From Armatimonadota bacterium (GTDB taxonomy: Bacteria > Armatimonadota > Zipacnadia > JAUWAU01), in assembly GCA_050114035.1 (NCBI GenBank), contig JASFTE010000001.1, positions 1 to 30,631 of the forward strand: a DNA stretch of 30,631 nucleotides, in the 5' to 3' direction. A program made the position numbers and the translations under genes. The notes beneath the pieces are model-generated. The model did no database searches, was not told the DNA's origin, and saw only the letters and a list, made by a program, of their open reading frames with translations. Numbering within the stretch: position 1 is the stretch's first letter; each line of letters opens with the position of its first letter. Of this stretch, positions 23,665 through 30,631 are shown piece after piece.

Positions 23665-25908
23665 GTGTTCGCCTACCTGGTGCGCCGCCTCCTGTATGCC
23701 GTGCCCATCGTGGTGGGCATCGTGGCCATCACCTTCGCACTGTTCTTCGTGGTCAACACGCCCGACGACATGGCAAGGCGCATCCTCGGCGACAAGGCGG
23801 ACTCCCCGGAGATCGTCGAGAGGTGGAAGCGCGAGCACAACTACCATCTGCCGCTGTTCGTGAACCACACCGCCGTCGGGGCCGGCAGACTGACCGACAC
23901 GCTGTTCTTCCAGAAGTGCGCCCGGCTTCTGGCCTTCGACCTGGGCCGCTCGGATGTCACGGACCGACCCATTGCGGCCGAGATCCGCCGCCGCATGGGG
24001 CCCAGCCTGGCTATCGCGCTGCCCTCCTTCGCCCTCGGGATGCTGGTCAACATCTCGACCGCCCTCATCATCGCCTTCTGCCGCGGAACGTACCTGGATC
24101 GCTGGGGCACCGTCGTGTGCGTACTGATGATGTCGATCTCATCGCTGTTCTACATCATCGGCGGGCAGTTCATCTTCGCCCAGTGGCTGCGGCTGTTTCC
24201 CATCAGCGGATTCGACTGGGGTGCGTCCACGCCCAAGTTCGTGGTCCTGCCCGTCGTCATCGGCACAATCGCCGGCATCGGCGGGGGCGTTCGCTACTAC
24301 CGCACGGTCATACTGGAGGAAGTGGGCCGCGACTACGTCCGCACGGCCCGGGCCAAGGGCCTCGGCGAGGGGGCCGTGTTGTTCCGCCACGTCCTGAAGA
24401 ACGCGATGATCCCCATCCTCACCAACGCCGTCATGGCCATCCCGTTCCTGTTCGTCGGGAGTCTGATCATGGAGTCCTTCTTCGCCATCCCGGGGCTCGG
24501 GAGCATGACCATCACGGCCATCCACGCACAGGACTTCGCCGTCGTGCGCTCCATGGTATACATCGGTGCGATCCTGTATATCATCGGGCTGTTGCTGACC
24601 GACATCAGCTACACTCTGGTGGATCCCCGCATCACCCTCGGGGCCGGAGACACGCGCAGCCTCTACGCCAGCCCGGCTCTGGGAGACATAATGAAGCTCC
24701 TCGCCGCCGTGGCGGCAGTCGCAGCCGCTGCGGGTGGCGCGTACTGGCTCCTGCGGTGGCTCGTGCAGCAGCCTGCCGTAGAGAACATGCGGGTCCCACT
24801 GCTCACGAACGGCGCCTTCCTGCTGACGGTGGCCGGGGCGCTCGCGTTTTGGCTGCGGGCCAGGAGACAGGAACTGTGGCAGAACGCGTGGCGGGAGGTG
24901 CGGCGGAGCCGACTCGCCATCGGGGCTCTGGTGGCCTTGCTCCTGTTCATCGCGGTCGGCTCCCTGGACAGCATCTCCTGGCGCGATGTCGAGCTGACCC
25001 CGGAGGGCACACAGCGGGTCACGGCCGATGGCCGGGCCGTCCTCTCCCCGCCACTATCCGCACTGGACCGGCTCTGCACGCCGCTGCGCGTCTCGGAGAA
25101 GAGCTACTCGGCGCCACGGGCGACCCATCTGTTGATGAAGGAGACGGTGGAGGAGCAAGTGCGCGGGGAGACGGTTGTTCGGCGAGTCCACCAGCCCCTG
25201 CAATACCCTCGCCGACACCTACTGGGCACCGACAAGACCGGGCAGGACGTGCTGTTCAAGGCGCTCAAGAGCATCCGGACGGGCCTGATCGTGGGAGGGC
25301 TGACGACGGTGATCGCAATCCCCCTGGCCATATCCCTGGGCGTGCTCGCCGGCTTCTTCGGCGGATGGATAGACGATGCTGTGCAGTATCTCTACAGCAC
25401 GCTCTCCTCGGTGCCGTGGGTGCTCCTGGTCGTCGCGTTCATTCTGGTATTCGGCCGCGGGCTGCTGCAGCTCTGCATCGTCATGGGTCTCACGGGCTGG
25501 GTCGGGCTGTGTCGCGTACTTCGCGGTGAGACCCTGAAGCTGCGCGAGAGGGAGTTCGTGCAGGCCGCCCTGGCTCTGGGCGTGTCGAAGCTGCGCGTGA
25601 TCTGGCGACACGTGGTCCCCAATCTGATGCACCTCGTCCTCATCACCGTCGTCCTTCGCTTCAGCGGCCTCGTCCTGGCCGAGGCCGTGCTGAGCTACAT
25701 CGGAGTGGGCGTGGGGCCGGACACCTTCAGCTGGGGATCGATGATCGACCAGGCCCGGGGCGAGCTGGGCCGAGACCCGACGGTCTGGTGGAGTCTGGTG
25801 GCGGCCTTCGTCGCCATGTTCGGTCTCGTACTCAGTGCCAATCTGTTCGGTGACGCGCTGCGGGACGCTCTGGACCCCAGGCTGCGGACCCGGGAGGAGT
25901 TGGCGTGA
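23665..25908 (+). CDS. Fused OppB/DppB + OppC/DppC ABC permease (747 aa)
   Basis: DppB-like N-half (YLVRRLL, FDLGRS, DYVRTARAKGL..HVLKNA) and DppC-like C-half (LLGTDKTGQDV, EFVQAALALG..HVVPN, EAVLSYIGVG, LFGDALRDALDPR) in one open frame. Confidence 0.92.
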   Translation: MFAYLVRRLLYAVPIVVGIVAITFALFFVVNTPDDMARRILGDKADSPEIVERWKREHNYHLPLFVNHTAVGAGRLTDTLFFQKCARLLAFDLGRSDVTDRPIAAEIRRRMGPSLAIALPSFALGMLVNISTALIIAFCRGTYLDRWGTVVCVLMMSISSLFYIIGGQFIFAQWLRLFPISGFDWGASTPKFVVLPVVIGTIAGIGGGVRYYRTVILEEVGRDYVRTARAKGLGEGAVLFRHVLKNAMIPILTNAVMAIPFLFVGSLIMESFFAIPGLGSMTITAIHAQDFAVVRSMVYIGAILYIIGLLLTDISYTLVDPRITLGAGDTRSLYASPALGDIMKLLAAVAAVAAAAGGAYWLLRWLVQQPAVENMRVPLLTNGAFLLTVAGALAFWLRARRQELWQNAWREVRRSRLAIGALVALLLFIAVGSLDSISWRDVELTPEGTQRVTADGRAVLSPPLSALDRLCTPLRVSEKSYSAPRATHLLMKETVEEQVRGETVVRRVHQPLQYPRRHLLGTDKTGQDVLFKALKSIRTGLIVGGLTTVIAIPLAISLGVLAGFFGGWIDDAVQYLYSTLSSVPWVLLVVAFILVFGRGLLQLCIVMGLTGWVGLCRVLRGETLKLREREFVQAALALGVSKLRVIWRHVVPNLMHLVLITVVLRFSGLVLAEAVLSYIGVGVGPDTFSWGSMIDQARGELGRDPTVWWSLVAAFVAMFGLVLSANLFGDALRDALDPRLRTREELA

Positions 25909-27917
25909 GCGAGCCGCTGCTCGAGATCCGTGATCTGCGCACCTACTTCCGCACGACGGCGGAGCCGCTGCGCCCCGTGGATGGAGTGTCGTTGACCGTG
26001 GACCGCGGTGAGACCGTGGGCCTCGTCGGCGAATCGGGCTGCGGGAAGTCGCTCACGGGGCTGTCGATCCTCCAGCTTGTGCCCCGCCCCAGCGGCTACA
26101 TCGCCGGCGGCTCTATCACGTTCGAGGGCAGGGACGTCCTCAAGATGACCGGGCCCGAGAGGCGCGAGTTCCGGGGCGGCAAAGTGGCCATGATCTTCCA
26201 GGAACCCATGACCAGCCTCAACCCTGTCCTGTCCGTCGGGGCGCAGCTCCTGGAGGCCATCCGGAGGCACCAGCAACTGGGCAAGTTCGAGGCGACAGGC
26301 CGAGCCGTGGCGGCGCTCGAGATGGTGGGCCTTCCCGACGCGGGGGATCGCCTCCGCCAGTATCCATACGAGCTCTCCGGAGGGATGCAGCAGCGCGTGA
26401 TGGTCGCCATGGCGCTGGCGTGCGAGCCGGACCTGCTGATCGCCGATGAGCCGACCACCGCCCTCGACGTCACCATCGAGGCCCAGATCCTGGACCTGCT
26501 CCGTGATCTTCAACGCAAGCTGGGCATGGCGATTCTGTTCATCACCCACGACCTTGCCGTGATTGGCGAGATGGCCGACCGTGTGGCCGTGATGTACGCC
26601 GGGAAGATCGTGGAGGCAGCTACAACGGCCGTCCTCTTCGGCCCCGGAGACGCCCGACACCCGTACACCGAGCTACTGCTGCGCTGCCGACCCGCCCGGG
26701 CCAAGCGCCGCAGCCGACTCGAGACCATCCGCGGGGCGGTTCCCAGCCCCTCCGAGTACCCGCCGGGCTGCCGGTTCTGCGACCGATGCCCCAGCGCGTT
26801 CGGCCCCTGTGAACGAGACGAACCGCCTCTCGCCGAGATGGCGCCGGGACACCGGATCGCGTGTCACCTCTACACCCTTCACGACCGGCGCGTCCAGGCT
26901 GTCGGAGATGGCGCAGCAGAACGGACCGAGGTGCCGGGGCCGGAGAGCGACGGGTTGCTGCTCGAGGCCCGGGACCTGACGAAGCACTTCCCCATCCGCA
27001 GGGGTGTGCTCCGGCGTGTCGTCGGGCACGTCAAGGCCGTTGACGGGGTCGATCTCGCCATCGGCCGCGGCAGAACCGTCGCTCTGGTGGGCGAGTCTGG
27101 CTGCGGCAAGACGACGCTTGGGAAGACGCTCATTCGCCTCCTCCCTCCAACCGCGGGGAGCGTGCACTACGACGGGCGCGATCTGATGGCCCTGGGCGAG
27201 AGCCCGCTGCGGGAGCTCCGCCGGCGAGTGCAGTTCGTGTTCCAGGACCCCTACTCGTCGCTCAACCCGCGCATGATGGTGCGGGAGATCATCGGCGAGG
27301 GGATGGCAGTGCATGGCATGGGCTCCTCGACCGGGGACCGGCACGATCGGATCGCCGACTTGCTGAGCGATGTGGGTCTGCCCCCTCAGGCGGCGACCTG
27401 TTACCCTCACGAGTTCTCCGGCGGACAACGACAGCGGATCGGCCTCGCACGAATGCTGGCCGTGGAGCCGGAGTTCGTAGTCTGTGACGAGCCGACGAGT
27501 GCTCTGGACGTCTCCATCCAGGCCCAGATCCTCAACCTGCTCGGTGACCTCCAGGACCAATACGGCCTGACCTACCTGTTCATCACCCACGACCTGAGCG
27601 TGGTGGAGTATTTGTCAGATGAGGTGGCGGTGATGTACCTGGGGCGGATTGTCGAGCACGGAAGCACGGAGGCGCTGTTTGACGATCCGCTCCATCCGTA
27701 CACGCGCGCGCTGCTCTCGGCCGTGCCCAGCGCGGAGGCGGCCCGGCGGCGCGAGAGAATCCGACTCGAGGGAGATGTCGCCTCGCCCAGTGCTCCCCCG
27801 GCCGGATGCCACTTCCACCCCCGATGTCCCCGGGCCATGACCGTGTGCAGCGAGGCATACCCCAGCGCGACTCGCCGCGCAGATGGTCGCATGGTGCGCT
27901 GCCACCTCCACGCATAG
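25905..27917 (+). CDS. Fused OppD/DppD + OppF/DppF ABC ATPase (670 aa)
   Basis: Two Walker A motifs (GESGCGKS, GESGCGKT), signatures LSGGMQQR and FSGGQRQR, Walker B IADEPTTALD / VCDEPTSALD, two Cys-rich oligopeptide-transporter C-terminal domains; GTGA overlap with the permease. Confidence 0.95.
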   Translation: MSEPLLEIRDLRTYFRTTAEPLRPVDGVSLTVDRGETVGLVGESGCGKSLTGLSILQLVPRPSGYIAGGSITFEGRDVLKMTGPERREFRGGKVAMIFQEPMTSLNPVLSVGAQLLEAIRRHQQLGKFEATGRAVAALEMVGLPDAGDRLRQYPYELSGGMQQRVMVAMALACEPDLLIADEPTTALDVTIEAQILDLLRDLQRKLGMAILFITHDLAVIGEMADRVAVMYAGKIVEAATTAVLFGPGDARHPYTELLLRCRPARAKRRSRLETIRGAVPSPSEYPPGCRFCDRCPSAFGPCERDEPPLAEMAPGHRIACHLYTLHDRRVQAVGDGAAERTEVPGPESDGLLLEARDLTKHFPIRRGVLRRVVGHVKAVDGVDLAIGRGRTVALVGESGCGKTTLGKTLIRLLPPTAGSVHYDGRDLMALGESPLRELRRRVQFVFQDPYSSLNPRMMVREIIGEGMAVHGMGSSTGDRHDRIADLLSDVGLPPQAATCYPHEFSGGQRQRIGLARMLAVEPEFVVCDEPTSALDVSIQAQILNLLGDLQDQYGLTYLFITHDLSVVEYLSDEVAVMYLGRIVEHGSTEALFDDPLHPYTRALLSAVPSAEAARRRERIRLEGDVASPSAPPAGCHFHPRCPRAMTVCSEAYPSATRRADGRMVRCHLHA

Positions 27918-28014
27918 CGGCGCCGCCGCCTGCGGGGCTCTTTGCCATCCCCCCGACGGCGCGTCACAGGACTTACTTCGGTCGCGAAGAAGATCCGTGT
28001 CAAAGGAGAAGTTT

Positions 28015-30631
28015 ATGCACATCCGCACAGTCTTCCCCCGAGCCCGTCCGCTGTTGCTGCTTCTCGCGGCGTCCTCAGCTATCGGGACCGCGTTGGCCCA
28101 GGATGACGCCGGCGCACTGGGGCCGGATGGCACCACCATCGACCCCACCACGACGCCGGCCTACAACGCGGCGCGCGTCTGGCACCCCAAAGCCCCGCCC
28201 GCGGACGCACCGACCCGGCCGTACCGGTGCCGCATCGTCAGCTACGCCGGGAAATGGACGCGACACGGGTTCGGCAACTACATGACGTGGCGCTACCCCA
28301 GCGGACCGCTGGCGCCGGAGCTTGAGCCCGAGGACAAGTTCGTGTTCGCGCGGGACTTCGACGTGGACGGCGATGGCGAGACGGGAGACGACTACGTCGC
28401 TTCCCTGCCCTTCAGCCTCACCCGGCCGCTCAGCAACCCCGACTGGCCCATGCACACGGCCTTCCCCGAGCGGTACAGCAGCCGGTTCTACGGCGGCGTG
28501 AGCTGGTGCGTGGGGAACTCGGATCCCGGCGATGCCAGGTTCTACCGCGAGATGGGCTACAACCCCGATCACAGCCCACCGTGGTACGACGGCCGCGCCG
28601 AGGACCACCCGCTGCAGGGCGAGGCGAACGAACGCAAGGCCGACAGCGTCCTGCGCATGTACTGGGCGATCATCTGGAAGAAGGACGACTTCCTCAACGA
28701 GGGCACTCGGTACCGCGTCACCTTCGACGACACCAGCCGCCTCGCATCGATCTCCACGCGCAACTACTGGCTGGGCTATGACGACGTCCGCATGATCGTG
28801 CAGGACGGCGGGCAGCTCTACATCTCTGACAACGAGCAGTTCGACATCCCCAAGGACGGCTACAAGCCCGCCATCGGCCGGGTGTTCCTCTGCTATCCCA
28901 CGAGGGCCACTTGGGCCAGCTACAGCCCCCGAGCGCACCTCGTCAGATTCGACCCGGCGGGCGCCACGTTCGAGAGGCACGAGTTCACGGACGTCCAGGC
29001 AGTCGGCTGGTACCTGGCCAAGGACAATCCCGAGGGCCAGCAGGCGCACATCAAGTGGTACGGCTTCGAGGCCGACGCCGTGGTCCACCGCCCCGAGCAG
29101 GGCAGCGTCAACGTGAGTATGCTGACAGTCCCCGCGAGCGAGGGTGTGCCCGAGTTCTGGATGAGCACCTGCGAGGTGCCGTACGCCAGGTGGCGGGACG
29201 TGCACCGCTACGGCGATGCGCCCTTCCACACGCTGGAGGCGCGTTATGTCTACCTCAAGGACGGCGACATGGGGAGCATGCTGCTCGGGAGCCGCCCCCA
29301 CGAGCCCGACGAGCCCGTCACCAACATCACCTGGTGGGATGCGCTCGCCTGGTGCAACACACTGTCCGAGATGGAGGGCAAGACGCCCTGCTACTACGTG
29401 GATGCGGCGTTCACCGAGGTCTTCCGGAACATGGAGTTTGCCACCCGGGCCATCGGGCCCGGCTACGAGGAGCGCAACCTGAACGACCCCACCTACGACA
29501 CCGTCCCGCCGCCCAGCATCCACGTGCGCTGGGATGCAGACGGCCATCGGCTGCCGACCGTGGCCGAGTGGACGGCGGCCTGGCGTGCCGGGCAGAACGC
29601 GGGGCCCAACGCGCGGCGCTCAACACTCGGCTCCACCCATGCCGTCGGATCAACGAAGCCAGACAAGCTGGGGCTGTACGACCTGCTCGGCAACGTGTGG
29701 GAGCTGTGCTGGCCGTACGGGGACGTGTTCGATCCGGAGGCGGTGGACACGTACGTCGGGCTCGGGGGCGACTTCAACCACCCCGCCGATCCGCGCGCCG
29801 CCGAGCGGGCGGCCTCGCCCTACGGCGACCATCCGTCCAGCGGGAGCCACACCATCGGCCTCCGGCTCGTCTGCCGCAGGCCCGGGTCTCCTCGGCCTGC
29901 AATGGGCGCGACCCCGGAGGAGCCCGCGTACTCCGACGATGGCGTCCCAAGCTGGACCTTCCGCCGCGACGAGAGAACCGGGGCTCGCCAGCAGCCCGAG
30001 CGCATCGCCCGGCTGCCGCTCGATATGGTGAAGCTCCCGGGCGGCAGCTTCCTGCGCCATCCGCAGAGGAACACCATCACCGTCTCGGCCTTCGACATCG
30101 CGAAGTATCCCACCACCTACGACCAATGGAAGCGCGTGCTCCAGTGGGCCGAGGCGAAGGGCTACACCTTCAGCAAGACCGGCGACATGGGCAGCATGTA
30201 CTTCTTCGACTTCCCCCACTCGCCCGACGAGCCCGTCGTCAACATCACCTGGCACGACATGGTCGTGTGGTGCAACGCGCTCTCCGAGATAGAGGGCCGC
30301 ACCCCGTGCTTCTACACCGACGAAGCCTGCACGACCGTGTACCGGAACGCCTACAGGTATCGCCCCCTCAAGGTCGCCGGCCCGGACCTGGTCGCCGCGG
30401 CGCCCCATCGGTACGCCGACTACAGCCACCTCGTTCCCCAGCCCTGGATCTTCACCCGATGGGACGTGGACGGTTACCGCCTGCCCACCGAGGCCGAGTT
30501 CGAATACGCCCTCCGCGGCGGAACGCAGACGCCGTACTTCTGGGGCGAGGACGAGGCGCAGAAGGACACGTACACCTGGAACATCGCCAACGCCGGCGGC
30601 AGAACGCATCCGGTGGGCCGCAAGGAGCCCA
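28015..30631 (+). CDS. Large exported protein with an unknown N-terminal domain and at least two FGE-sulfatase (SUMF1-like) domains; 3' truncated by window edge
   Basis: ATG 28015 after SD AAAGGAG; I translated frame +1 open to the window end (>=872 aa). Signal peptide ..LLLLLAASSAIGTALA|QD; motifs PVTNITW.DA..WCN.LS..EG, RLPT.AE, LGLYDLLGNVWE, GLRLV. Not in the ORF track, which seems to list only complete ORFs. Confidence 0.85.
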   Translation, partial: MHIRTVFPRARPLLLLLAASSAIGTALAQDDAGALGPDGTTIDPTTTPAYNAARVWHPKAPPADAPTRPYRCRIVSYAGKWTRHGFGNYMTWRYPSGPLAPELEPEDKFVFARDFDVDGDGETGDDYVASLPFSLTRPLSNPDWPMHTAFPERYSSRFYGGVSWCVGNSDPGDARFYREMGYNPDHSPPWYDGRAEDHPLQGEANERKADSVLRMYWAIIWKKDDFLNEGTRYRVTFDDTSRLASISTRNYWLGYDDVRMIVQDGGQLYISDNEQFDIPKDGYKPAIGRVFLCYPTRATWASYSPRAHLVRFDPAGATFERHEFTDVQAVGWYLAKDNPEGQQAHIKWYGFEADAVVHRPEQGSVNVSMLTVPASEGVPEFWMSTCEVPYARWRDVHRYGDAPFHTLEARYVYLKDGDMGSMLLGSRPHEPDEPVTNITWWDALAWCNTLSEMEGKTPCYYVDAAFTEVFRNMEFATRAIGPGYEERNLNDPTYDTVPPPSIHVRWDADGHRLPTVAEWTAAWRAGQNAGPNARRSTLGSTHAVGSTKPDKLGLYDLLGNVWELCWPYGDVFDPEAVDTYVGLGGDFNHPADPRAAERAASPYGDHPSSGSHTIGLRLVCRRPGSPRPAMGATPEEPAYSDDGVPSWTFRRDERTGARQQPERIARLPLDMVKLPGGSFLRHPQRNTITVSAFDIAKYPTTYDQWKRVLQWAEAKGYTFSKTGDMGSMYFFDFPHSPDEPVVNITWHDMVVWCNALSEIEGRTPCFYTDEACTTVYRNAYRYRPLKVAGPDLVAAAPHRYADYSHLVPQPWIFTRWDVDGYRLPTEAEFEYALRGGTQTPYFWGEDEAQKDTYTWNIANAGGRTHPVGRKEP
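29263..30315 (+). repeat. Intragenic duplication: 135-bp blocks 29263-29397 and 30181-30315 (cores of the two FGE domains)
   Basis: GDMGSMLLGSRPHEPDEPVTNITWWDALAWCNTLSEMEGKTPCYY vs GDMGSMYFFDFPHSPDEPVVNITWHDMVVWCNALSEIEGRTPCFY: 30/45 identical by manual count, ungapped. Confidence 0.9.

Noticed and set aside
28015-30631. Diversity-generating retroelement target (FGE/CLec fold with repeat)
   Set aside because: The repeat copies are both coding and differ at all base types rather than only at adenines; no reverse transcriptase in the window. Cannot be excluded beyond the right edge.
1-30631. CRISPR arrays, tRNA/rRNA genes, IS elements, integrases
   Set aside because: None seen: no regularly spaced repeats, cloverleafs or transposase/integrase motifs.

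Overview
GC-rich bacterial chromosomal window (taxon not determinable from sequence alone) with no rRNA, tRNA, CRISPR or IS detected. Left flank: 3' end of a probable oxidoreductase, a secreted ThuA-like protein, Fe/Mn superoxide dismutase and, convergently, an M42 aminopeptidase. Centre (3425-14021, minus strand): a tightly packed operon hdrC-hdrB-hdrA(N-half)-nuoE/hydC-nuoF/hydB-[nuoG/hydA-like Fe-S domain fused to hdrA C-half]-mvhD-mvhG-mvhA-maturation protease-hypA. The headline observation is that hdrA is split inside its inserted 2[4Fe-4S] ferredoxin domain and a HydABC/NuoEFG-like NAD(P)H-flavin module is inserted at the break. This predicts a [NiFe]-hydrogenase/heterodisulfide-reductase complex carrying two different candidate electron-bifurcating flavin centres. 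The 750-bp divergent control region holds a near-consensus sigma70 promoter, a ~130-nt structured RNA with an anti-SD tract and intrinsic terminator, a Rex/CRP-type box and a 21-bp palindrome. Divergent on the plus strand: hypF-hypC-hypD-hypE (no hypB in the window), a sodium:solute symporter, a three-gene Opp/Dpp-type ABC importer (doubly anchored binding protein, fused permease, fused ATPase), and a large secreted tandem FGE-sulfatase-domain protein that runs off the right edge and is absent from the ORF track.
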